Source: a virus
Virus record (IMG/VR): IMGVR_UViG_3300034198_015569
Coordinates: 1 to 64,000 of that record
Direction: 5' to 3' (one strand)
Length of the DNA stretch: 64,000 nt
Shown here: piece after piece, positions 21,053 through 32,231 of the stretch
How the letters are laid out: every line of letters starts with the position of its first letter
Numbering within the stretch: the first letter of the stretch is position 1
Translations under genes and position numbers: made by a program
The notes under the pieces: model-generated
Databases searched by the model: none
What the model saw: the letters and a program-made list of their open reading frames with translations, nothing else
What the model was told of the DNA's origin: nothing

Positions 21053-23498
21053 ATGAAAAAATATCATTATACAGAGATTGAATTAGAAAAGTCTGTGCGT
21101 CATATTATAGATGACAAACTTTATAATTCACTAATGACAACTGGTTCTAGTGGATTATATGCCGCTACAAGGGAAGCTGTAATTCATATTTTTATATTAG
21201 GTTCTGATGCTCATTTGAGATATGATCCTCATTGTATAACTATCATTCGATGGGCAATGAGTGATGTTTTACAAGATGGATATTTTAAATTTACCGAGAA
21301 ACCATGATACACGGATATATTAAAAAAGATAAAGAAGTAATAATCGAATTTGATTGTACCAAATCAAATAATAATATACATCAATTAGTTAATGATTTTA
21401 TTAATTTTCAACAGTTTGTTACAATTATTTTATATAATAAACATTCTTCACAATCCAAAAGAAAGACTTTGACTGAAAGCCTTCCTTACGAAATAGCATA
21501 TAAGGCGTCAAGAATTATTCTTATTAAAGAAAATAACACATATGAATGTTTAAAAGATCGATGGGGAGATTTTAAAGATTGTATTGATTCTACATCCACA
21601 CTCACTCAAAATGTGAATGGAACTGTGTATATCGATGAATACGCCGTTGAACTTAGAGAAGGAGATTTCTTTGTTCTAAAGTTTCTTGGATGGAATGGCA
21701 GACAAACCCTCCTATGGGAAACTCAGGAAGGTAATACCGTCACATGGTTTGAGCCATATTTGGCTCCCGGAACATACAATTTGAAGAAAAACTTCTGTTA
21801 TATCTCAACAATTCGTGACACAAAATATCTCATTGTTGAGAACATCGGCGAAGATGTAAGTAAATTAAAATACTCTGGATACACTAATTATAATGGAGAA
21901 GTTAAATGACAATTTATACACTTATTGCTCATAAGCCTGACGGTGTTGATACCTGTCGTGGTTGCGTCATGGATCGGTGGAGTGGTCAATTTGATCGCGG
22001 GTTCACTGACGATATCGAGGATATTAAGAAGGAAATTCTTCGTTATTACAAAATGAATAAAGATGATCTTGATAGATTTGAACCTTCGTGGGATGTGTAT
22101 ATTTACATTGATGGTATTCCTGTCGCTGAATTAAATGATGGTGATTTTAATAAAGCTTGGGATGCTTGGGATACCATTGAAGAGAAACAAGAATTCTTTA
22201 TGGAATTTATTCGTAAGGCTATTCATCAATTTGATGAAGACCGTACAATAGCTCGTCTAAAAGCAGAAGAAGCTAAAGCTTTTCAGGATGCTATAAAAAA
22301 GAAAGAATTGGAAGCTGCTAATCTTCAGAAGAAGAAAGAACTTTACGAATCTCTAAAGAAGGAATTTGAAAATTGAGAATTTACAATAGAAAACAATTCA
22401 TGGAGCTTCCTGAAGGAACTTTATATTGTAAAGGCTCTTCACATTATTTTACTGAATTATGTGTAAAAGGCTGTACTTTTAAAGATGGTGAAGGGAATGA
22501 TATTGATTGGATTTCACGAGACTTAATGTCTTGTGATAGTATGTCAGATTCATTTGAAGAAATGGGTTTGTTTGGAACTAAAGGGCATCTAAATGATGCA
22601 TATTGTAGAGATGGCTGTTTTGATGATAGTGATGTTTTTCTAGTATATGAACATGAAGATTTGAAACAATTACAGAATGTTATTATTGAAGCAATGGAGA
22701 TTTGATGAAAGTTCGTGGTCATATTTTTACTTCATGGGGTTCTGAAGAGATGCTTTGTCGTGCTTGTGGCTTTGTCACCGGCAATCCGATCACGCCAGAA
22801 TGTGTGGTTGTGATGCTTGAAGATTATTTAGGCGAAAAAAGTTATTGCGGTAAGGCTCATCATGTGTTTATATCCAAAGAGGATTACGAACGCAGATTTG
22901 GAGCTATCGATGAAACTGAGCGAGATGGATTGGCGTGATCTAAAGATTGGAGATAAGGTAATATCTCCTTCTGGTATTCGTGGTCGTATCTTTGGTCTCA
23001 TTGAGGCTCGTAATCGATGCACGGCTTCCATGGATAACTACGGAAAGCCGTGCAATAAGATTTTCATTGAATTTGCAAATGAGATGGCTTCTTCCTTAGC
23101 TCATGAGGATCACGGAATGTTTGAATGGATAGAACATGACAACATCAGATTTTGAAATTATTAAAGACGCTTTGGAAACTGCCGAGCGTTATATTTCACA
23201 TATCGGCGCCAATTATACAGAAGCCGGTAAGCCTCATCCTCAACAGCTTCTTTTGGATAAGCTCAATGAAGCTCTTCGAATTTTGAAAGATTAATATAAA
23301 ATGAATGTATATATTATTGGATGTATATTTCTTGTGTATTTTATTGGATTTGGTGGGTATCTTGGATTTATATCTAAAGATATTTACAGTCCAGAGGATT
23401 CAGCAAGTGCAATCATGATGGCCTTAGTTTGGCCTATATCTATAATTATTCATACATCGTTTATACTTGGCGAAAAGTTAAATCGTAAGAAAGATTAA
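21053..23498 (+). other. run of short hypothetical phage genes
   Basis: Abutting ORFs 21053-21307, 21304-21909, 21906-22376, 22373-22705, 22702-22938 and others. Confidence 0.6.
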
Positions 23499-23669
23499 AA
23501 TGGCACACTATAGAAAAATTACTGTTGACAACATTATATATGATTGTGTAATTAACAATAGCGTTGTAACGATTGTTAATGTAGGGCAGTATTACCACAA
23601 AAAACAAATTAAATTTACTGTAAAAAATATGGATATTGTGAATTTTATTAGAAATAGAAATGAATCTTA

Positions 23670-24155
23670 ATGAATATTTTTTGGCTTGACAATGATCCTG
23701 TGAAGTGTGCCCAATATCATAATAATAAGCACGTTGTTAAAATGATATTGGAACTGGCGCAGCTTATGTCCACGGCTCATAGAATGCTGGATGGAAATGA
23801 TTTTGCCGATACAAATCATTTGTATAAGAAAACTCATTATAATCATCCTTGCGCGATTTGGGTAAGAGAAAATTCAGCTAATTATCAATTGACGTTTAAT
23901 CTTTTTGTTGAACTATGTAATGAATATTCGTATAGATATAATAAAGTGCATAAGACAGCTAGTCTTACAAAAGCTTTATCTATATTGCCTATGAATATTA
24001 CTCAGTCGGAAACCGCAACTCAAATTCCCTGTGTAATGCCTGATAACTGTAAGGTTGATAAAGATCATATCAAATCTTATAGAAATTGTTATATGGTCGA
24101 TAAAAGAGATATTGCCGAATGGAAAAATAGACCAATTCCAGATTGGTGGATTTAA
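23670..24155 (+). CDS. pyrimidine dimer DNA glycosylase-like (DenV-related family)
   Basis: MNIFWLD.DP..CAQYH..KHVVKMILE.AQL, YKKTH.NHPCAIWVREN..NY, SYR..Y..DK...AEWKNR.IPDW. Confidence 0.8.
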   Translation: MNIFWLDNDPVKCAQYHNNKHVVKMILELAQLMSTAHRMLDGNDFADTNHLYKKTHYNHPCAIWVRENSANYQLTFNLFVELCNEYSYRYNKVHKTASLTKALSILPMNITQSETATQIPCVMPDNCKVDKDHIKSYRNCYMVDKRDIAEWKNRPIPDWWI

Positions 24156-25440
24156 GGAGAATAAAATATGTCAAATTATTGGGTCTATAATCAATATAAA
24201 GGAATTTTTGATTCTGAAAGACTTGGTTGGATTGATGGAATTCGTTTTGTAATAAACGATATCGATGCATCTCATGATCGGGGATACAATGACGATTCTC
24301 CTTACGCTCATGGCTTTGATAGAGCTATTGAAGCATTCGACGGAAAGATTAATTCTTTGTGGTTGTTCGGTCATTATCACAAATCTTTTAAGATGAACAT
24401 TTATGGTACTGAATTCATCTGTCTCGCCGAATTGGAGTATCTAGATATTGAATTGTGAGGAATAATGAAGGTTTATCGAGTTGAATTGCCATGTGGAGGC
24501 GGGCCTTTTCGATCCGCCACCTGCGCATTTGTTGGTGTTGGAAAAAATAATCATCCATATCCTGATGATGAAGGAATAGATTTTGAATATAAACATGTTT
24601 TTGGATGCCAGTCATTAAGGGATATTTATGGATGGTTCGGTCATCGAATACCACACCTTATGGATAATGGATTTGCTATTTCTGTTTATGATGTAAAGAA
24701 AGCACGAGTGGGAGGAACACAAGTTGCTTTTGATCGTAAACATGCCAAATTGAAGAAAAGAATTTCTCTCTCTAAAATGGCTAAAGTAAAATATATTAGA
24801 GAATATCTAGATAGAGGAATTGTGAAAAATGTCGCCTGATGAAAAATATAAAAAAGAATATGCAAAGGATGACTACAAACGTCTAGTTGAATTGTTTAGA
24901 AGAATTCATTCCGAAACGATGGTTTGGGAACTTTCAAATCAAAAGCAAGTGGATTCTTTTAAGGCTATTCAGAAGTGGTCAACAGAAGCCATTTCTCTTC
25001 TTCGCCCGCATGACAATCCTTCAGATGAAGAAAAGAAGATTGCATACGATCTTCTTAAGATTGCTTTGTTAGATATTGAAGAAACAAAACATAACGGTTT
25101 TAGAACTGAATATTGGACCTCTGAAGCAAAGAGATTGTATAATGTCAAAGAAAAATAAACACCATAAGTTGGAAATATGCAATTATAATGGAGAAATTAG
25201 TTCATTATATTTGAATGATTATAGAATTTCTGGCCCGAAGCCTTACGGTGGTGGAATTATTGTTAAGAATTTCAAAGTTACAAATAAAGATTTACTTAGT
25301 TCAATTCCTGAATACCAAAAAGTTTTAGATGTTTTAAAAATGGCCTTGAAGGAACACGATTATAAGTGTACAATGCAAGTCACTTTTACAGAACCTCAAT
25401 GGGTTCATGAAGCACGGGCCATTATTAAAGAAATCGAGGA

Positions 25441-26541
25441 TTGAATATGGGCAAAGAAAAGATTAAGTCCTACGAAGATGCAGTAATGGCTTATGTGATC
25501 AAGAATCATGGTGAAGCTCTGGCTAGCTGCATCCAAGACCCTGTGTATCATGCTGAAGGTAGCGTGTGGACGCATACGGTTCGTGTTTTGGAAGAAGTAA
25601 AGAAAATCTCTTCTCCTTCTGAAATGGAAACAATGGCTGTTGCTGCAATTCTTCATGATATTGCTAAGCCCGGCACTCGTGAAGAATACTTTGACGAATC
25701 TATGGGTAGGGTTCGTGTGAGCCACAAGCATCATGCCAAGCTTGGTGCCATCGATGCATGGAACATCATGTGGAAGCTCGGCCTGCCTCTCCAGATGCGT
25801 CTTGACGTGTACGCAATTATCCTCTGGCATCAAAAGGTTTTCCATACTTTCTATAAGAAGAAAGAAAAGATGGAAGAGGAGTTTGTTCGCTTCTCCATCA
25901 TTGGTAATTGGGATCAACTGATTCGCTTTGCGCTGGCTGACACTCGTGGTCGAGACAATGTGAATAATGATGATACTGAAGATACCCTTGCGGCTTTGAC
26001 TGAAGCTGTGAAGGAATTTGGTGTGTTTGATTATTCATATCCTTTCGAAACGCCAAATCATCGAATCACGGCTCTTGAAAGCAAGAATCGCTTTTATGTG
26101 CCCATCGATCCTCCTGGCGGTGTGATGCATATCATGAGCGGTCCTCCCGGTTCTGGTAAGGATACTTTTATCGAAAAGAATCTTCCTTATCCTGTTGTGT
26201 CTTTGGATTCTGTTCGTGGCGAGCTTGGTATTAAGCCTGATGGAAATCAGGGAAGGGTTATTCAGGAAGCACAAAAGCGTGTGAAGGAATATCTCGCCGC
26301 AAAGGAAACCTTTGTTCTTAATATCACTGGCCTGCGTAAGGAGACCCGTGACAAGTGGACAACCCTTGCTCGTGATTATCATGCGTTCATTTCTTTTCAT
26401 TGTATGAATACACCTTATGACAAGGCTGTAATTCAGAATACAAATCGAAAAGATTCTGTACCGCAGAATGCATGGGATAAGATGGTTTCTAAGTGGGAGC
26501 CTGTCACTCTGGAGGAAGGACATTTTGTTGAGTGGGTGTAA
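25441..26541 (+). CDS. HD-domain phosphohydrolase fused to a P-loop polynucleotide-kinase-like domain
   Basis: YHAEGSVWTHT, LHDIAK, ADTRGR, then GPPGSGKDT Walker A and SLDSVR. Confidence 0.85.
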   Translation: MNMGKEKIKSYEDAVMAYVIKNHGEALASCIQDPVYHAEGSVWTHTVRVLEEVKKISSPSEMETMAVAAILHDIAKPGTREEYFDESMGRVRVSHKHHAKLGAIDAWNIMWKLGLPLQMRLDVYAIILWHQKVFHTFYKKKEKMEEEFVRFSIIGNWDQLIRFALADTRGRDNVNNDDTEDTLAALTEAVKEFGVFDYSYPFETPNHRITALESKNRFYVPIDPPGGVMHIMSGPPGSGKDTFIEKNLPYPVVSLDSVRGELGIKPDGNQGRVIQEAQKRVKEYLAAKETFVLNITGLRKETRDKWTTLARDYHAFISFHCMNTPYDKAVIQNTNRKDSVPQNAWDKMVSKWEPVTLEEGHFVEWV

Positions 26542-27157
26542 AAACCCACTTGACAGTTTAATTTAAAATATATAATCTCTAATCATCGAAGTTCAATCCA
26601 AATAGGAGAATTTAAAAATGGCTGGTGAGAACGTTATCGAAGTCCTGAACGGTCCTCGTATGTCGGTGCGGATTATCAAGAACATCGTGGGAAAGTTCAT
26701 CGTTCAGTATGAATATCGCAAGGCCAAGCCGGGAATTCCGGCGCAGTGGAAGGCTCATTGGCGTGATCGTGAACATTGCTATACGTACGACGACATGAAG
26801 CCTGCCAAGGCTATGATGAAGGCCATTCACAAGCGAAATAACTGATAATGAAAATCAGTTCAAGAATTCCTATTCAGTTTCTTCATGGTGAGAAACTGAT
26901 TTCCACCAATCTCAATCATTCTTTCGCCATCTCGTGTAAGATGATTGAGATTGAGGAGGAAGTAATTACGGATGGAAAGAAGAAGAAATCTAAGGTTTCG
27001 CAACCTGCATTTACTTTGTATTTCTATTCACACGTTCCCGGTAACTTTGAAATTGTAACGTCAACCAAGACCCATCAAATCGAAGTTCTCGCTTGACTTT
27101 AGGGCAGCAATGCCCTATTGTCGGTTTTTGTTTTTGTAGTTTTAATGAAAGTGAGTT

Positions 27158-28177
27158 ATGAGTACATCACAAATCGAAAAAATAATTAATCTAGATTATG
27201 ATGAAAGCTTCTTTATTGAAGCATTTAATGATTATAACGGTGACGTATATATTATTAAATTCAATGAAACTATTGACTTCCCTCCATATCTAATTACTGA
27301 TTTCATCAAATCAAAATATCCAAGTACCAAAGTAAAATTCTTTTCAGATAGTCAAGCAAATATCATCATATCTGATGATCTAAAGGCTTATATGTCTATT
27401 TCCAGCGGCGAATCTTATTTTGAAGAAAGTGATAATGCTACCACCGTTTATATTTCCGCTGGTGGCTCGCTCGAAAAAACTAAAGAATTTAATTCTTTAA
27501 TTAAAAACTTTTTTGATAATATTGAAAATAAGGCTCATTACGGTGAGTGGTGGTTTCTTTCAAAGAAAGGCGGAATCACAAATATCAGCCTTAAAGTAAA
27601 GCCTATGAAAAAGTTCAATCAGCTTTGCTATCCTTATATTGAAAATATTGAAGAGTTCATCAACGGTTTCTATGCGTCAGATGCTCCGGTTATGATTTTC
27701 CTTGGTCCTCCTGGCCTTGGTAAAACTTCAATTCTAAAATATATGATCAATCGTGATAATCTAAAAGTTGTCACTACTTATGACGAAAAAGTCATGGAAG
27801 ATGATTCTTTTTACATGTCTTTTATTCGTTCAAAAAATGATCTTTTGATCCTTGAAGATGCTGATCGTATCCTTCGTGAACGCAAGCTTGAAAATTCTGT
27901 AATGTCTAAGCTTCTTAATGTGTCTGATGGTATCTTCAGTCTCGATAAGAAAAAGATTATCTTTACAACTAATGCTGAAAAGCGTGAAATTGATGAGGCA
28001 ATCCTTCGCCCTGGACGTTGCTACAAATTGGTTGAATTCAGACCTTTGACACGATTGGAAGCCGAAGCATTGGCAGAATCTCTTGGTAAAGAGCTTACTG
28101 TTAACAAATCTGAATACACTCTGGCCGAAATTTTTAGCGGTCAAAACCAATCAAAAAATAAATTTGGATTTCGCTAA
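27158..28177 (+). CDS. AAA+ ATPase
   Basis: GPPGLGKT, LILEDAD, IIFTTN, DEAILRPGR. Confidence 0.88.
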   Translation: MSTSQIEKIINLDYDESFFIEAFNDYNGDVYIIKFNETIDFPPYLITDFIKSKYPSTKVKFFSDSQANIIISDDLKAYMSISSGESYFEESDNATTVYISAGGSLEKTKEFNSLIKNFFDNIENKAHYGEWWFLSKKGGITNISLKVKPMKKFNQLCYPYIENIEEFINGFYASDAPVMIFLGPPGLGKTSILKYMINRDNLKVVTTYDEKVMEDDSFYMSFIRSKNDLLILEDADRILRERKLENSVMSKLLNVSDGIFSLDKKKIIFTTNAEKREIDEAILRPGRCYKLVEFRPLTRLEAEALAESLGKELTVNKSEYTLAEIFSGQNQSKNKFGFR

Positions 28178-28347
28178 AAAAGCTATTGACGGCATGTAGG
28201 GAATATCATAGTCTGTATGTGTTGAAGATGCTTAGAGAAAAGAGAAATGAGACATAGGAGGCACCAATGCTCTGATAATTAAAAAAATATCTTGATTATA
28301 GATTTGTGATTTGATATAGATTGGATAGAAACCTTAAGGAGATTAAA

Positions 28348-28377
28348 ATGAATAGCTCCCGAGATTCCCCGATTTAA
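28348..28377 (+). CDS. 9-aa minigene MNSSRDSPI
   Basis: AAGGAG SD 7 nt upstream; part of a tandem unit with the next minigene. Confidence 0.5.
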   Translation: MNSSRDSPI

Positions 28378-28436
28378 TACAAAATTGATAGTTAGATATA
28401 GATTGTGATTATTAGAGAAACTTTAGGAGATTAACT

Positions 28437-28466
28437 ATGGTAAGCAGCACTGGTCCCCCGAGGTAA
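28437..28466 (+). CDS. 9-aa minigene MVSSTGPPR (GPP arrest-like motif)
   Basis: AGGAG SD 7 nt upstream; same length and unit architecture as 28348-28377. Confidence 0.5.
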   Translation: MVSSTGPPR

Positions 28467-28539
28467 AACTTAAAATGCGCCCCAAAACGGCGCTTATTAG
28501 ATTGATAGATATAGATAAATTGTAGGTTGTAAGTGGTGT

Positions 28540-28572
28540 GGTCCTGGGCATGACCTTAACAAAAACTGCCCA
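28540..28572 (+). promoter_or_regulatory. predicted H-type RNA pseudoknot
   Basis: S1 GGTC/GACC; loop TGGGCA pairs with TGCCCA (28567-28572) across an A-rich linker. Confidence 0.5.
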
Positions 28573-29090
28573 TTAGTTTTGTTGGGAGGTTGAATGATTT
28601 TTGTATATACATTACAAAACATTATAGGATTATTGATTTTTACAATTTTCTTTATTGGTATAATATTTTATGGTATTGTAAAGGGAGTCAAATCTCTTAA
28701 TCGATGGCGCAAATCTGGATTTTGCCGACACGATTGGAAATTTAATAAATCAAATTCTTTTAGTCAAAAGCACTGGTATAAGTGTAATAAATGCAATGAA
28801 GAAAGGCTCATGTAATGCCTTTTGTATATTCTGTTTCCGACGATAACCCAAATAGCAGTTATGGAAAAACTTACTTTTCTTCATTAAAATCTGCTAAGAT
28901 ACATGCACAAGAATGTGCAGATTTTGACGGATTGACAAAAGAAGTCATAAAGAATAAACTTAATAAAATTAAAGCAAGTGAGCTTTATGTATCACTTCTT
29001 AATGGACATACATGGTGTTCCGAAACAGAAATTGTCTTTGTAGCCAAGCCTTCGCCTGATACGTCTCCCGAATGGAAGGAATAATATAAA

Positions 29091-29447
29091 ATGAATTATG
29101 TAATTTTTTTGGACGATGAGCGCCTTCCTCCTGTAAATTTCGGGGCCAACATTTCAAGCCCATGGATTCTTGTTTGTCGCAGCGCAGAAATGGCTATTGT
29201 GGCAATCCAGAATATGCCAAAGAACGCCAATCTAGCTTATATTTCTTTTGACCATGATCTTGGCGAAGACCGGAAGACCGGCATGGATTTCGCCAAGTGG
29301 CTTGTTGATGCTGATGCGGGATATATTGAGGGACAGAGAGCAAACTTTATTCCTGATTATTTCCAATTTTATGTTCATTCTCAGAATCCGGTTGGTGCAC
29401 AGAATATCCAGAGTTATATGGATAATTATCTTAAAACCAAAAAGTGA
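29091..29447 (+). CDS. cyclic-phosphate-processing receiver-like domain protein
   Basis: IFLDDER.P, ISFDHDLGE..TG.DFAKWL, VHSQNPVGA.NI. Confidence 0.75.
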   Translation: MNYVIFLDDERLPPVNFGANISSPWILVCRSAEMAIVAIQNMPKNANLAYISFDHDLGEDRKTGMDFAKWLVDADAGYIEGQRANFIPDYFQFYVHSQNPVGAQNIQSYMDNYLKTKK

Positions 29448-29502
29448 AAAATTTTCAAAAAGGTAGTTGACGAAAAAATAAAATCTGCTACATTACGAAT
29501 AT

Positions 29503-29901
29503 AGAGTGGTTGCCGGGAAGACCGGATTAAATGAAGGAAACTTCGGCCACGGCTATCAAAAACATCCTGTGGTCGTCTAATTGCGCAAGGACACCTCTGC
29601 GGAGTCGGAGGAAATGGCGGTTCGCGACCGTCACACAGGTAGCTGTTTGATAAATGAATATAACAAAATCTAAAGTTTAGTCGAGTGCTTCTTGCGCCTA
29701 AAGCAGAAATGCCATGGGGAAGCCAAAAGAAATCCGGCTTGGGATTCGACTAATTCAATTGGTGAAATGAAGGTGAGCGGAACCTATAAGTCTCATAAAT
29801 CTGGCCAGATGCCTTCATGTAGCCAAGTAAAGGGAAGCGCCTCTCCCTTGAAAATCATAAAGCGATAGAGTCCAGAATCGTAAGAAACTGGCAACTACTT
29901 T
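29503..29901 (+). ncRNA. large (~400 nt) structured ncRNA with embedded tRNA-like domain
   Basis: ORF-free and GC-richer; TTGACG promoter at 29467; 14-bp terminal helix AGAGTGGTTGCCGG/CTGGCAACTACTTT; tRNA-like fold at 29566-29639. Confidence 0.6.
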
Positions 29902-30074
29902 GCCACCGTTTAGACGGTTGGGGGAAGATTAAAAAATGCCCTTAAAAATGGTGGAGCTATTTTACAATGATACGAAATTGGCCGGGCCTGAAGTGCTTCA
30001 TTCTAGATTAAGGTTTGAATAGTTCTAGACTGGTTATTAACAGGTTCGATTCCTGTTACAGGGATTAATTCTTG

Positions 30075-30216
30075 AAACTATTTAAGTGGGCGGTTTGTTT
30101 ATTATAGGAAAAATAAGCTCATATACAGCGGTAACTGTCATACATGAGCAAATATTTCGCCTTTACCGAGGAAACAGGGATAATACCCTGGAATGAACCG
30201 CCCACTTAAATAGTTT
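30075..30216 (+). ncRNA. structured ncRNA closed by a 22-bp helix
   Basis: AAACTATTTAAGTGGGCGGTTT/GAACCGCCCACTTAAATAGTTT enclosing inner hairpins. Confidence 0.55.
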
Positions 30217-30221
30217 ATATG

Positions 30222-30398
30222 AATTGGGTAGTGATAAACGAAGAACAAGTAAAGGGATAGGCCATTTCTTGAACGAGGCTTCGGGCAGTAATTTAAGTAA
30301 AATTATGAAACCATGGATAACATAATTTGAAAGAATTATTGGGTTAACACGACTGGTCTGCCGACCGGAGAAATGTAGGTATAAGTCCTACCCCAATA
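30222..30398 (+). ncRNA. tRNA-like RNA (Gly GCC-like loop) with ~110-nt insertion in the D-loop
   Basis: ATTGGG/CCCAAT acceptor, GTG/CAC D-stem, CTGGT-CTGCCG-ACCGG arm, GTAGG-TATAAGT-CCTAC T-arm; no CCA. Confidence 0.45.
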
Positions 30399-30444
30399 CG
30401 ATTTTTATAAAGTTCGATACATCTCAATTAATAAAGGAAAATAT

Positions 30445-30699
30445 ATGTCGCTTAAACCATTAAATGATCGTGTAATTGTTGAACGAATTGATACGGTTAC
30501 AAGAACTCCTGGCGGGCTTTTAATTCCAGAGACTGCACAAGAAAAGCCTGTATTGGGAAATGTTGTTGCAACTTCAAATTCTTCTGTTAACATCAATGAT
30601 ATTGTTTTATTTGGTCGCCATGCAGGTATTGAAGTTAAAGATGATGGAAAGACTTTGTTAATTCTTAAAGTTGAAGAACTCTTAGCAATTAAGAATTAA
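30445..30699 (+). CDS. groES: co-chaperonin GroES (Cpn10)
   Basis: LKPLNDRVIVER...TPGGLLIPETAQEKP..G.VVA...VLFG..AG.EVK.DG..LLILK.EELLAI. Confidence 0.93.
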   Translation: MSLKPLNDRVIVERIDTVTRTPGGLLIPETAQEKPVLGNVVATSNSSVNINDIVLFGRHAGIEVKDDGKTLLILKVEELLAIKN

Positions 30700-31230
30700 T
30701 TTAAATGGTTAATATTTTATCTCGGAGAAAATAAAAATTTTGAGCTTATTTCAATATCAGACTGAAGAAAGTTGGTAAGGGCGCACCCTGTCTTTATGAT
30801 ATGTTAGACTCCCTATATTATTTTTATTATGAAAGGAAATATTATGCCTTGTTCTGATGCCGGTTTTGAACACTATGATAATATGGTTTTAAATGAAAAG
30901 ATTAATACTTTGACTGAATTGCTTTGTGAAGCATCACACATTCTTTCAGAGAATGAACTTATGAATATTGCCAGCAATGATCTGAATAATTGGTGGAAAC
31001 ACCATGAAGCGGAAGATCGCAAGAGACGGCAGAAGGAATCTGAACAGCGAGAACTTCGTCGCATCGCTGAAGAAGCCATGCGAAATCTGTCCCCTGCACA
31101 GAAGGAAGCGCTTGGTCAATTTTATGGCTTGAAGGCCAAGCTAATTCGTTAAATAAAGCTTAGGAGGGGGTTTAATCGGCAGTCTATTATCTTTGGATAA
31201 TCAGCAACGGATTCCCCTCCTTTCGATAAT

Positions 31231-31403
31231 GTCTCTATGGCGGAATGGTAGACGCACCTTCTATACAAGGAGGCGGTGGGTAATAGAACAAGGATACTTG
31301 TTTGAACCAAGAGTAATGGATATATTGGTTAGTGGCGCCACTAGTCCAATTGAAGACGACTCAAGACCCATCATCCGTGGTTCAAAACCCGGTAGAGACA
31401 CCA
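31231..31403 (+). ncRNA. tRNA-like RNA with ~100-nt expanded variable arm
   Basis: GTCTCTA/TAGAGAC-A-CCA acceptor, Leu-type D-arm GGCGGAATGGTAGACGC, CCTTC-TATACAA-GGAGG arm, TTCAAAA T-loop. Confidence 0.65.
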
Positions 31404-32231
31404 CCAAAAATTAAATAGGAAATATCATGGATTATATGTTAGCTCATGAATTTGAGAAACTGTCTAAAAATAAACTATCTAATGAAAAGTCTAAAGAATT
31501 AATTTGGAATAACAAAGATATTGATATTGATTATCTTTATCCTAAGATAGTTTGTTGTGTCAATCGTCTTATTTCCAAAAAAACTCTAAACACTGAAGAT
31601 TTGCGTTATTGGCACAGATTACTTTTGGATATCGCTGCTTATAAGAAAGATACGCCGTATTCTGAAAGATTTTTAGGTATAGCAGATTTGATCAGAACCC
31701 AAGTGTATTTTCGTGAAATTAAATACGAAAATAAAATGGATAATTTTTCAAAATAATAAGATTTATGTATGAATGATTTTAATCTTCAAGTCTTACGCAC
31801 TATAGATAAGTACGATAAGATTGGGGCTGATGGAGTGTTTAGACTTCTTACGGATGGAATGAAAGATAAAGAATCCGGTGCTTATATTCCTGGGGTTGGA
31901 TTAGATAAAGTAAATGCTACTTTACTTGTTGAGTTTATACAAACCACTGGTAATTCTAATGAAGAAACATTAGAAAACATGGAAAAGTGGTTTTCAAAAG
32001 CCGCTAAGATAAAAAATCGAATTGATTTAATGATCCTTATGGAAGAAACTGTAATAGACTCTAAGGGAACCACTTTGTGGGATATTTTAATTCATATGTC
32101 TCAAAATGAAAATGAAACTTGGGAAAACGGTGGTAGACCTAAAAATATTGCTTGGGCATTAGATGACATTTTAGAATCTGACATGAACTATATACAGTTT
32201 TTAAATAAACCCCCATCCATAGGCATAGAAA

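Noticed and set aside
24168-24458. Functional metallophosphoesterase
   Set aside because: Only a C-terminal WLFGHYH motif is present; too short to call, possibly a remnant.
29503-29901. RNase P RNA or tmRNA
   Set aside because: Only partial resemblance (GAAGGAAAC, AATCCGGCT) at non-matching positions; no tag reading frame or Ala acceptor with CCA. Left unassigned.
31193-31414. 73-aa ORF
   Set aside because: Fully overlaps a well-formed tRNA-like RNA and has a TTG start without a well-spaced SD.
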